From Candidatus Methanoperedens sp. (lineage in GTDB: Archaea; Halobacteriota; Methanosarcinia; Methanosarcinales; Methanoperedenaceae), in contig JBGQBI010000002.1 in assembly GCA_041494705.1 (NCBI GenBank), positions 120,001-152,000 of the forward strand: a stretch of 32,000 nucleotides of DNA, read 5' to 3'. Each line of letters begins with the position of its first letter. The stretch's first letter is position 1. Of the stretch, positions 24,016 to 32,000 are shown piece after piece. The position numbers were made by a program, and so were the translations under genes. The notes beneath the pieces were generated by a model. The model searched no databases. It was not told the origin of the DNA and saw only the letters and a list, made by a program, of their open reading frames with translations.

Positions 24016-25062
24016 ATGGTCGTCAGGAAAAATATATCTCTTGAACCGATTCATCTTAAAAAACTTGAATCCCTCATTGAAGAACACAAGGGTAATCTGA
24101 GCGCAGCTATCCGGGATGCAATCGATATAACCGAGGTATCGCTTCACCGATATGGGAAGGTCAGTGAAGCGCTATCAAAGATCGGAGCCGAGAAAAAAGA
24201 ATTGACCGGAAGAGAAGAATCGATTGAATCCGGTAGAAATGTACTGATAAGCACACCGATTTTCTTATGGATGCTTAAATGGACAAGAGGTATTTCTCTT
24301 GACCCTGAAATATTTGATGAACTGCTCGACCCTTTAAAAATCATCACAATATCAGAACTTGATAAGAAAATAAATGAGCTAAGCCGCGAATCCGGATGGA
24401 ACTGCAAAGTATCCCTGTTCTGTATGGATGATATTAATCCAACCACCGCCACCGTTTCAATAGCAGGAGATAACGAATTTTATCGGGAGTTCGTGGCGCA
24501 ACTTGTTGTAACGTTCCTGGCTTTAAACAAGGGTCTTGATATCGATCTGGTGCACAGGAGAGCCACTACAGTTCGTATTGATTTAAAGTCCCGGGAAAAA
24601 GGGGCAGCGCCGCTTGCTGCAATGAAACATTTCGGTTATTTAAAAGACACAATGAATGAGTTCAAATCAAAGGAAGATTTCTGGAGAGTTCTCATCGATA
24701 TATATAGTTCTGTGAATTATAATATGGTATCGCTTTATAGAGGCCATTACGAAGAGCTTCTTTCCAGCAATACGCCCATCGATGCAGGGATGTTCGAATC
24801 AATATCAAAAAAACACATAGAGAGTATCCCACATACTGATTTCTTAAAACTGTTAAAGAAAGTGGATGAAGCCCTGATGTTCGTAGACAAGATAGAGATA
24901 ATGGATAATGGCATTAATGTATATCACAATTATAAGGACGAGAAAGCTATTCAGAAAATCCGGGATTATTATTTATCGCTTCTAAAGGCTAACGGGCATG
25001 ATTATGAAGCGAAATATTCCACAAGCCTGATAGTTTTTAATCATGTATGCTGCAAGGGTTAG
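24016..25062 (+). CDS. Ribbon-helix-helix (CopG/MetJ-type) DNA-binding protein with a ~300-aa uncharacterised C-terminal region
   Basis: The N-terminus VRKNISLEPIHLKKLESLIEEHKGNLSAAIRDAIDI fits the strand-helix-helix pattern and parallels the NikR N-terminus. I do not recognise the rest. It ends …NHVCCKG. Confidence 0.65.
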   Translation: MVVRKNISLEPIHLKKLESLIEEHKGNLSAAIRDAIDITEVSLHRYGKVSEALSKIGAEKKELTGREESIESGRNVLISTPIFLWMLKWTRGISLDPEIFDELLDPLKIITISELDKKINELSRESGWNCKVSLFCMDDINPTTATVSIAGDNEFYREFVAQLVVTFLALNKGLDIDLVHRRATTVRIDLKSREKGAAPLAAMKHFGYLKDTMNEFKSKEDFWRVLIDIYSSVNYNMVSLYRGHYEELLSSNTPIDAGMFESISKKHIESIPHTDFLKLLKKVDEALMFVDKIEIMDNGINVYHNYKDEKAIQKIRDYYLSLLKANGHDYEAKYSTSLIVFNHVCCKG

Positions 25063-26072
25063 ATTACAACTACTTTTCTGGCAATGTCCCTGCATACGTT
25101 GATAAATTCGGAGGGGTCAACAGAGGGGAAAGTATCTATCAGGCACGTATCGCATTCTTTTACCACGCTGTTAAGTCTTCTGATATCCCCGTGATAAACC
25201 ATGATTTTTGCATTACCTTCTGCCGTTGCCATGAGGACGGGTTCATCCCCGATAAGTTTATCATAATCTTGTAATTCAAAGTCAATTTTTACCCCTAGGA
25301 TTTTTGAATTTACTTCTATATTCAGGATGGCATTCTTTAGCGCGGGAAGCCAGGCGTCGTTGAGTATGACTTTTTTTGCGCCCCCGAGAACACTCAAAAG
25401 GCCGAGCGTGCCCGGACCACAAAATCCATCGATTATAAACGTTCCATCCAATTCCCCTTTAATGTATAACTCATCCATTTTCCCGATTTTTGTGTTATTG
25501 AACTCGATGTGTATTCTTGACTGGTTCTTATAAATACACAGCTCGCCGAAAGATGAAGATATTACATCACATCTCATATCACATCCGGCAAGCAGCTCAT
25601 AGGTGTGGGGAATGCTGTCCGTATCCAGTATCCCGATACTTCTGGATTGCAGTCCTTTTCTTTTAATCACCCCTTTTATCTCCGGCACTTTTTCGACTAT
25701 TTCCCTGGCCGCATCTTCTGTAATCGAATCCATAATAAGGACAAGGCTTTTCCTGCCAAGCCTTGGGGGATATGGTATCCGGTACCCAAAAGCAATGAGC
25801 GGTGTCCCGACTTCCCGAAGCGCCGCATCTTGCGGGAATAATCCCGTTCTTTTCAGTATTGCCAGCACATTCCCGATAACGAAATCAAGGTGCCTCCTGC
25901 CGCATTTGCTGCAGCGCCCGGAGCCGGAATCCAGAATCTCCAAAAATTGAGCGTTTTTATCAAACCGGGGGTCAGGAGGACATGAACTGCACGCCATGTA
26001 CATCCCCAATATCTCATCAAGTACCTTTTCTGCCGGCTGTATGCAATCCCCGTTGCATGTGGGACATTTCAT
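25059..26072 (-). CDS. Zinc-ribbon protein fused to a class I SAM-dependent (Trm1/RsmD-like) methyltransferase domain
   Basis: N-terminal Cys pairs (CPTC…C, CSSC, CSKCGRRH). The C-terminus has IIDGFCGPGTLGLLSVLGGAKKVILND (motifs I/II) and CLIDTFPS (compare DPFG/DPPF, motif IV). Its 3' end overlaps the 3' end of the convergent gene by 4 nt. Confidence 0.65.
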   Translation of the reverse strand: MKCPTCNGDCIQPAEKVLDEILGMYMACSSCPPDPRFDKNAQFLEILDSGSGRCSKCGRRHLDFVIGNVLAILKRTGLFPQDAALREVGTPLIAFGYRIPYPPRLGRKSLVLIMDSITEDAAREIVEKVPEIKGVIKRKGLQSRSIGILDTDSIPHTYELLAGCDMRCDVISSSFGELCIYKNQSRIHIEFNNTKIGKMDELYIKGELDGTFIIDGFCGPGTLGLLSVLGGAKKVILNDAWLPALKNAILNIEVNSKILGVKIDFELQDYDKLIGDEPVLMATAEGNAKIMVYHGDIRRLNSVVKECDTCLIDTFPSVDPSEFINVCRDIARKVVVI

Positions 26073-26123
26073 AAGGTATATTTTTTGATTTAAGTTAAAT
26101 ATCTATCGGGTTAATCTTATCAT

Positions 26124-26498
26124 TTATCTTGAATAACTTGCAAGCTCTTCTGGCAATGATTTCTTATTTGCGCAAGTCTTTAATACAGTATACCAGTTAT
26201 GAACGAACAACACAAGAGATGCAAGCGCCAGAAATTCAAAAAATTCTAAATATACAATAATATTGGGAAGTGAGGTTCCTTCAAAAAATTCATGAACCAG
26301 TGGAAGAAAAGAAAACAAGAAAATATAAACACAGTTCTTTTTAAAAAAAGCTTCATCAACAATCGATTTTAACATCAATTCCTTTTTATCGATATCTTTC
26401 CATGAGAACCATATCTGGACAAATAAAAATATGAGTATCAAATACAAAACGAATATTGAAAATTCAAGGTATTTATAAAGATTATATTCATTTATCAT
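26124..26498 (-). CDS. Small hypothetical membrane protein
   Basis: 124 aa with about 3 hydrophobic helices. The gene is very AT-rich and I recognise no family. Confidence 0.5.
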   Translation of the reverse strand: MINEYNLYKYLEFSIFVLYLILIFLFVQIWFSWKDIDKKELMLKSIVDEAFFKKNCVYIFLFSFLPLVHEFFEGTSLPNIIVYLEFFEFLALASLVLFVHNWYTVLKTCANKKSLPEELASYSR

Positions 26499-26546
26499 CT
26501 ATCATCAAGGCAATCTTAAGGTTTAAACATGATAAATGTTTCGATA

Positions 26547-27677
26547 TCATGTCTTTTTAAGGCATTTCCCTAAATCCGATATGAAAAGCTCAAGGGCTTC
26601 CTCGCTAAGGTGAGGCATTATTATCAACCTCATAGCCCTCGGCGTCCGGGTTATGGAAGTTGTCCATCCTTTCACCCGCAGCATTTTCCTGACCTCATCA
26701 AGTTCAGGCACATCCAGCGCCACGATATTCATCACCGGGTCGATTAAGGGCTCCACTCCCATTTCCTTTGCCCCTTCAACAAGCCTGCCTGTCATTTTCA
26801 TGCACCTGCCCACGATTTCCCTGTATCCTTCAATGCCAAGATGCATCATAACAGCGCAGGCTGCTGCGACAGCCCCGCCGCTGCGCGTACCCGTCAGAGA
26901 ATGCTGTTTCCTTATAGTAAGGTAGGGTGTATCTATTTCAAGAGGCAGCAGGCAGGCCTCTTCTTTGAAAAGCAAACCTCCGGCGGGAATCGTGGACATA
27001 CCCATCTTATGAGGGTCGGCTGTTATTGAAGTCACTCCTTTTATGGAAAAATCAAAATCGTATTTCTTATCAAGGAAAGGTATCACAAACCCTCCGAAAG
27101 CGGCATCCACATGCAAGAAGAGGTTATTGGAAAGGGCGAGTCTGGCAAGTTTATCTATCGGGTCTATCTGCCCGAATTCCGTCGAGCCTGCAATCCCGAC
27201 AAGCGCTATCGTATTGTCATCAATAAGAGCCCTTACTGATTCTATATCAACTTTAAATTCGTTATCCAACCCTGCTTTTCTTATCTCTATCCCGAGAAGG
27301 TCGGCAATCTTATCGAACGAGAAATGCGCCGAGACCGGGACGACCACGTTCGGATGCTTTTTTTTGCACAGGTTCCTTGCAGTCCGAAGCGCCTGGATAT
27401 TGGATTCCGTGCCCCCCGTGGTGATGTAACCGCATGCGTTCTTGTCGCCCAGCATGTTCCCCATCATTTTTATTACTTTTTCTTCAAGTTCCTTTGTTCC
27501 GGGGAACAGGCCAAAATCGCCCATGTTCGATTCGATGAATTGCATATGGGCTTTCACCGCTACCGGGTGCGGTCTTGTGCACATGGCTGAGAGCACTTTC
27601 TCGTATGAAGTGTCTTTTCGCATGGCATTGTTCAATAAAGCCATTACCTTATCTTCCGGGCACCCTTTCTGGTTCAT
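26547..27677 (-). CDS. mfnA: PLP-dependent L-tyrosine/L-aspartate decarboxylase MfnA
   Basis: 376 aa in the group II decarboxylase layout. The N-terminus SAMCTRPHP…[17 protein letters not shown] parallels archaeal MfnA, and ITADPHKMG carries the PLP lysine. Confidence 0.9.
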   Translation of the reverse strand: MNQKGCPEDKVMALLNNAMRKDTSYEKVLSAMCTRPHPVAVKAHMQFIESNMGDFGLFPGTKELEEKVIKMMGNMLGDKNACGYITTGGTESNIQALRTARNLCKKKHPNVVVPVSAHFSFDKIADLLGIEIRKAGLDNEFKVDIESVRALIDDNTIALVGIAGSTEFGQIDPIDKLARLALSNNLFLHVDAAFGGFVIPFLDKKYDFDFSIKGVTSITADPHKMGMSTIPAGGLLFKEEACLLPLEIDTPYLTIRKQHSLTGTRSGGAVAAACAVMMHLGIEGYREIVGRCMKMTGRLVEGAKEMGVEPLIDPVMNIVALDVPELDEVRKMLRVKGWTTSITRTPRAMRLIIMPHLSEEALELFISDLGKCLKKT

Positions 27678-27744
27678 GTGCTAAACATCAAAATATATGT
27701 TAATAAAGGGTTCGGATTTCAATTATGCATCTTCCCGATTTTAC

Positions 27745-28410
27745 TCATCTGGAAGAATGGGGATAATCATATTCAATAAATTCATAGAACTTATCCCAAT
27801 CAAGGACAGTGGAAACGCAGCCCGCTTTCTCAAGAACCAGCCCGACGCCGAAAAGATTCAATTTCTCACACATTTCAAGACCTGCCTTTATTTCTGTCAT
27901 GCATCCCACACCCAGTATGGCATTGGGTTTATGTTTTCTCACAAGCCGCCGTATGAAGCTTGAGCCGGGCACGATAAATACTTTATATCCAAGTTCCTCG
28001 GCGCTTTTCTTCGCCGGCCCTATCTCGCAGCTTCCGCAATTGATGCACTGCATACCATCGGGGCTGAGTTTGGACGGGCATGTAGCAGCCCTTAAACACT
28101 GCGGGAAAAATATCAGCCGTTTATTCACTGGCGTGTCCTTGAATTTACGAAGAGATATCTTGTTCTTGAGCGCAATGCCCACGTCATCGACCATGGAATC
28201 ATCCAGCCTTACAAGACGGAATAATGCCTTGACCAGGGTTTCAAGAAGGGTAATCGAGAACAGCATAAAATTCGGGAAGATAAATCGCTCGGTCTTGAAG
28301 GAGTATCCAATCAGGAGTGAACCCAGTACAGCGATTATGAATAAGAATATTGCAAAATAAACTACCGCTTCACCGATTATGGCGAATAGGGACTCGATTT
28401 CAAACATCAT
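27745..28410 (-). CDS. DUF116-family membrane-associated Cys-rich protein
   Basis: Two N-terminal TM helices are followed by FFPQCLR…CPSK…CINCGSCEIG and GVGC…, as in the DUF116 family. Confidence 0.75.
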   Translation of the reverse strand: MMFEIESLFAIIGEAVVYFAIFLFIIAVLGSLLIGYSFKTERFIFPNFMLFSITLLETLVKALFRLVRLDDSMVDDVGIALKNKISLRKFKDTPVNKRLIFFPQCLRAATCPSKLSPDGMQCINCGSCEIGPAKKSAEELGYKVFIVPGSSFIRRLVRKHKPNAILGVGCMTEIKAGLEMCEKLNLFGVGLVLEKAGCVSTVLDWDKFYEFIEYDYPHSSR

Positions 28411-28457
28411 CCATACAGTAAATATGTTCCTGAAACATAAGACTATCGCGTTTTTGC

Positions 28458-29438
28458 CTAAATCTCAATAACAGTATTTATCTCTTCAAGCGCCCGCGCA
28501 TAATAGCCTGTTTTATTTAAATGGGCGGCAAGCTTGAGGGGGCGATGACCGCCGGGATGATACGTAATGACCGCTGTCGGCGCGCACTGTTGCACCATGC
28601 CGATAAGACCGTTCACATCCATGTGGTCGCTGATATTGATGGTGGGAAACTTGTAGTCCCGCCTGCCGGTCAGGATGAACTTCTTTGCGGCTTGAAGCAT
28701 TGGTATTTCCCCGGGTGTAGTTATGCGAACCCCGCATTTGCTTTCCAGGTCAACAATGGGGCCTGTGTTTTCCATTAATCCTTCCGTAAGCGCGCGCGAT
28801 ACCGGGTCCATCCCGATATCCCCGGAATAACCCGATTCCCGCAGCAGCCTCACAGCGCGCTGGGCTTTCCCGAACGCATATGCACCGAAGGCGATATCTT
28901 CTGAATCCGCAAGTGCCTTCCTGAATGCCCCGATATCGTCCTCGAAATGGCACCTCGGATCATCCGGGTCGCCGTAGTTTGCTTCCGTGACGAGACAATC
29001 GCATTTCGGAAGGTCTTTTGCATCCTTGACATCCCCTGTGACCAGAATCTTTGTGCCTACATCATTTTCCCAGTAAAAAGCACATGAACCTATAGTATGA
29101 TGTGTGGGATACGTTCTGACATCAACGCCGCAAATGTCTATAGTTTCCCCGATTTTAAAAGTCCTGCCCGCATATTCTTTGCAATAAAGGATTTCAAGGG
29201 CGCGCGCAGTCTCCTGCGAGCATACAGCATTTTCGGAGAGCATTGCGGATTTCCCGTGGTGGTCCGAATGGGCATGGGTTATCAGGTAGGCGTCGGGCTG
29301 CTGTGAGCGCGAGTTTGTGGTATCCACGGAAAACGTTAATCTTTTCTCAGCATTGAAAACCAAAGAGACATGGGGCTTGAATCCTCTACTTGTCCTGTGC
29401 CTGATTGGAAGCACGCCAAGGTCAAATAAAGGTTTCAA
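28458..29438 (-). CDS. Metallo-beta-lactamase-fold hydrolase, beta-CASP-like (possible nuclease)
   Basis: Carries the THAHSDHHG (HxHxDH) motif, later His/Asp positions, and a C-terminal ISDHMD…VITYH resembling beta-CASP motifs. The start is TTG (+ strand caa at 29436-29438), 10 nt after the trx stop, so the N-terminus is uncertain. Confidence 0.75.
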   Translation of the reverse strand: MKPLFDLGVLPIRHRTSRGFKPHVSLVFNAEKRLTFSVDTTNSRSQQPDAYLITHAHSDHHGKSAMLSENAVCSQETARALEILYCKEYAGRTFKIGETIDICGVDVRTYPTHHTIGSCAFYWENDVGTKILVTGDVKDAKDLPKCDCLVTEANYGDPDDPRCHFEDDIGAFRKALADSEDIAFGAYAFGKAQRAVRLLRESGYSGDIGMDPVSRALTEGLMENTGPIVDLESKCGVRITTPGEIPMLQAAKKFILTGRRDYKFPTINISDHMDVNGLIGMVQQCAPTAVITYHPGGHRPLKLAAHLNKTGYYARALEEINTVIEI

Positions 29439-29448
29439 CCTGACCCCG

Positions 29449-29721
29449 TTATTTTAAAGCCGCGTTTATATCCGCTTCCAGCACATTTGCCCTTGTCACG
29501 CCTGTGTACCGCTTGAAGAGAACGCCGTCCTTTTCGAGTATCAATGTGGGAACGGCATGAACTGTGTATTTAATCGCCAAGTCCTGATCCGTATCCACAT
29601 CGATTTTCTTGATTTCTATCCTGTCGCCAAATTTCTTTTTAATCTCTTCGTTAATAGGGTCCTGCATCTTGCAGGGGCCGCACCATTCAGCAAAAAAATC
29701 CATTAGAACAACTTTACTCAT
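29449..29721 (-). CDS. trxA: Thioredoxin
   Basis: 90 aa with the WCGPC active site. AGGAGG lies upstream of the ATG. Confidence 0.92.
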   Translation of the reverse strand: MSKVVLMDFFAEWCGPCKMQDPINEEIKKKFGDRIEIKKIDVDTDQDLAIKYTVHAVPTLILEKDGVLFKRYTGVTRANVLEADINAALK

Positions 29722-29851
29722 CTGGTTTCCTCCTCGGGTAACAGAGCCCGCATGATTTGCATTTTTCTTTCATCTTTTTCTTATTCCGTCTATCTTCCGG
29801 CATACCTGCCACCACATTCAGTATAGCGTCATGGTTTAAAATAGTTGCCTT

Positions 29852-30316
29852 TCAACCTGATTTTAAACCCTCAAGAACTTTTATTATTTCCTCAATATCG
29901 GGAAGTTGTGCAATCGGATAGACCTTAACAAACACCACCTGCTGTTTTTCGTCGATAATTATATTCGCCCTTTCTGAAAATCCTTCCTTTTCCCTGAATA
30001 TACCGTACAAATTCGCAACCTCGCCATGTGACCAGAAATCAGATAGGAGCCTCGTATATTTAATTCCGAGTTCTTTAGCCCATGCTTTTTTCGATGGGAC
30101 GGTATCCACACTTACACCCAGTGCAACTGTGCCCAGTTTCTCAAACCTGCCGTGATTCTCTTCAAGCGACTTCATCTGGTCTGCGCATACAGGTGTCCAG
30201 GCAAGCGGATGAAAGGACAGTAGAACTCTTTTTCCTTTAAGCTTCGACAATTTCACATTTTTTCCATCCTGGTCGCTTAAAGTAAAATCTTTCGCTTTAT
30301 CTCCTGTTTTAACCAT
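29852..30316 (-). CDS. Peroxiredoxin (AhpC/TSA/Bcp-type thiol peroxidase)
   Basis: Contains FHPLAWTPVC with the peroxidatic Cys. The ATG at 30316 (MVKTGDKAKDF) has AGGAGG 9 nt upstream. The track start at 30391 adds a non-conserved 25 aa. Confidence 0.9.
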   Translation of the reverse strand: MVKTGDKAKDFTLSDQDGKNVKLSKLKGKRVLLSFHPLAWTPVCADQMKSLEENHGRFEKLGTVALGVSVDTVPSKKAWAKELGIKYTRLLSDFWSHGEVANLYGIFREKEGFSERANIIIDEKQQVVFVKVYPIAQLPDIEEIIKVLEGLKSG

Positions 30317-30408
30317 ATTCAAATTCCTCCTGTATTCCCTGATAATATGTTTGAATTCATGTATATTAAAATATCGTGCAGACGAAGGCATCAGGCAGAT
30401 ATTTTAAC

Positions 30409-31035
30409 TCATGCAAGTTTAGTCTGCTGGAATTTTGCCTTTAACCCGTCAAGGTCAATCAATTCGTTTATGATATCGATAAGGACATCGTTTCCTTTTT
30501 CCAGCACATTTTTACTATCTTCTTTGAGTTCAAAAGCCGGGTCTTCCGGAGGTATTTTGATGCGCGTCACAGAAGCCCTGTGTTCTTTAAGGCGAACATC
30601 CTTTGACTCCCTGATATTTTCTGTCTTTCGGCCTTCAATCCCGAGTAATTCAAGTTCGTATTTGAAACATGGGCGGTGGAAAAGTGAGGAAAGGATAAAA
30701 ACCGCGATATCCAGCCGGTCTGGCATATCGATATTCTTAAGATGGTCTTTTACGATGCCGTAAATATCACGTTTGGGGTTCGCTTTAAAGGTATAAACTA
30801 TTGAGGGAGGGATGTCAATCTCATCCAGATATCCCATGTCGTGAAGCGCGCGAAGGTAACCAGTGAGTATCAATCTGTGATGGTCGTGTCCGTTTTTTTT
30901 CAATTCCCTCGCTATGCTGCTTATGGACATTTGTTTATTCGCAAGCACGCCTGCGAGGATATTGTAAAACTCCGACATCAACTTAAGATTTGATAACAAA
31001 CCTGATAAATGTTTTGATTCGGATGGCAAGGACAT
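30409..31035 (-). CDS. Hypothetical protein with a probable winged-helix N-terminal region
   Basis: The stretch NILAGVLANKQMSISSIARELKKNGHDHHRLILTGYLRALHDMGYL looks like a wHTH. The start is uncertain: ATG at 31035 or 30978. The track start at 31185 would overlap hdrC and is rejected. Confidence 0.5.
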   Translation of the reverse strand: MSLPSESKHLSGLLSNLKLMSEFYNILAGVLANKQMSISSIARELKKNGHDHHRLILTGYLRALHDMGYLDEIDIPPSIVYTFKANPKRDIYGIVKDHLKNIDMPDRLDIAVFILSSLFHRPCFKYELELLGIEGRKTENIRESKDVRLKEHRASVTRIKIPPEDPAFELKEDSKNVLEKGNDVLIDIINELIDLDGLKAKFQQTKLA

Positions 31036-31090
31036 TGCAATACTATTATATATAGCATTAACCCTACATCTACTTCCTCCCGAGCGAGAT

Positions 31091-31705
31091 ATGAACAAAG
31101 AAATAATCCTCATTGAATCCAGGGACGCTGCTTTTAGAGACCTCATTTTAAAAACACCGGTGGGCAAGAAGCTCCCCACATGCATGCAGTGCGGTATATG
31201 TGCGGGCTCATGTCCGGTCAGCCATGAAATGGATTATAACCCGCGCCAGCTTGTGCGCATGGTTCAGCTTGGCCTCAAAAAGGAAGTGCTCAACAGCAAC
31301 ACTATATGGATATGCACCACATGCTTTTCATGCTCTGTGCGCTGCCCGAGGGGGATACGCCCCACTGAACTCATGGAGACGTTAAAACCCATAGCAATAG
31401 CAGAAGGCGTAGAGAACAAAAACGAAAGATTTGACGGCGTTTTCTCAGATGTGGTCAGGAAAAACGGCAGGGCTTCTGAATTCCTTCTAATCTCCAGATA
31501 CAGCCTGAAAGAGCCTGAAATGATAAAACAGGCTCCATTTGGTCTTTCTCTTTTCTCAAAAGGAAAATTGCCCCTGGCCATTGATAAAATGGAAAATACG
31601 CGTGAACTTGATAGTATTTTTAGTCTCGGGGAAAAAGCGGAAAAGAAAGAAAACAAGGAAACAGAGACGGAAATAGAAAAAGAAGAGCCGGAGACCGATA
31701 AATGA
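31091..31705 (+). CDS. hdrC: Heterodisulfide reductase subunit C
   Basis: Two [4Fe-4S] ferredoxin-type motifs, CMQCGICAGSCP and CTTCFSCSVRCP. ATGA overlap with hdrB. It has a Glu/Lys-rich C-terminal tail. Confidence 0.9.
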   Translation: MNKEIILIESRDAAFRDLILKTPVGKKLPTCMQCGICAGSCPVSHEMDYNPRQLVRMVQLGLKKEVLNSNTIWICTTCFSCSVRCPRGIRPTELMETLKPIAIAEGVENKNERFDGVFSDVVRKNGRASEFLLISRYSLKEPEMIKQAPFGLSLFSKGKLPLAIDKMENTRELDSIFSLGEKAEKKENKETETEIEKEEPETDK

Positions 31706-32000
31706 AATATTCGTATTATCCCGGATGCGCACAGCACGGAACGGCTGTGGATTATCGACAGTCGGTGGAAGTGGTGTTTCGCTCACTTGGCATCGAGCTT
31801 GAAGAGGTGAAGAACTGGAACTGCTGCGGCGCCCTACATGTGCCTGACATGACCGTAAGAACTGCGCTCTCAGCAAGAACCCTGGCATCATCAAAAGGGC
31901 TTGATATGGCAACACCATGCAACCTTTGCTATTCCAACCTCATGCGCGCAAAAACAGCGCTTGAAGAGGATTCCCTCAAAACTAGGGTCAATGAAGCTCT
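31702..32000 (+). CDS. hdrB: Heterodisulfide reductase subunit B (5' part; continues beyond the window)
   Basis: MKYSYYPGCAQHGT…NWNCCGA…TPCNLCY is the N-terminal CCG-domain signature of HdrB. The frame is still open at 32000. Confidence 0.9.
   Translation, partial: MKYSYYPGCAQHGTAVDYRQSVEVVFRSLGIELEEVKNWNCCGALHVPDMTVRTALSARTLASSKGLDMATPCNLCYSNLMRAKTALEEDSLKTRVNEA

Noticed and set aside
29722-29851. The 130-nt prx-trx spacer is open in the prx reading frame after the prx TGA stop (45 sense codons). It contains a possible 29-aa ORF (MPEDRRNKKKMKEKCKSCGLCYPRRKPDE) ending in overlap with the trx ATG
   Set aside because: An open run of 45 codons is not statistically unusual. I see no SECIS-like element, and selenocysteine use is not expected in this lineage. 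The AGGAGG here is better explained as the trx RBS. The CxxCxxC peptide would be worth a glance only if ribosome profiling exists.
1-32000. CRISPR arrays, IS elements or transposases, integrases, toxin-antitoxin pairs, restriction-modification or other recognisable defence genes; also in-frame TAG (pyrrolysine) candidates and inteins
   Set aside because: No regularly spaced repeats were seen. No transposase or integrase-like ORFs or terminal inverted repeats are present. The only methyltransferase has no nuclease partner. No gene shows an interrupted frame or an intein-sized insertion.

Overview
The window is a chromosomal segment from an archaeon. PolD large subunit, HdrC/HdrB, MfnA, an archaeal CTP-type riboflavin kinase, a presenilin-type protease and multihaem c-type cytochromes together suggest a methane-metabolising Methanosarcinales relative, perhaps ANME-2d/'Ca. 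Methanoperedens'-like. That lineage call is inference only. I can support about 40 CDS and one tRNA-Gly(GCC). I see no rRNA, CRISPR array, IS element, integrase or recognisable defence gene.

Most of the window is housekeeping:
- hisD and polD
- a DEAD-box helicase
- amt-glnK
- pheA
- rbkR/ribK-ribB
- ilvE
- nikR with a cbiM(PDGLE)-cbiO-cbiQ ECF transporter
- mfnA
- trx and prx
- hdrCB

The most unusual block is at 1.7-5.2 kb. It holds a heavily sequon-decorated tetrahaem cytochrome, a small membrane-anchored protein, and two tandem paralogous membrane-anchored dodecahaem cytochromes (28 CXXCH motifs in total). This is a candidate membrane/extracellular electron-transfer module with no assigned function.

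Secondary items:
- a GC-rich cluster of near-perfect hairpins between tRNA-Gly and hisD (possible structured RNA)
- a low-GC orphan gene with a C-terminal J-domain
- a canonical G-quadruplex/i-motif tract in the nikR divergent promoter region
- an RHH regulator with a large uncharacterised C-terminal region, divergent from nikR
- candidate NikR, RbkR and nitrogen operators
- an overlapping APS-kinase-like/IMPase-family gene pair

All product calls come from reading motifs by eye, and no searches were run. The ORF track uses non-ATG starts in places (TTG at 15971, 22164 and 29438).
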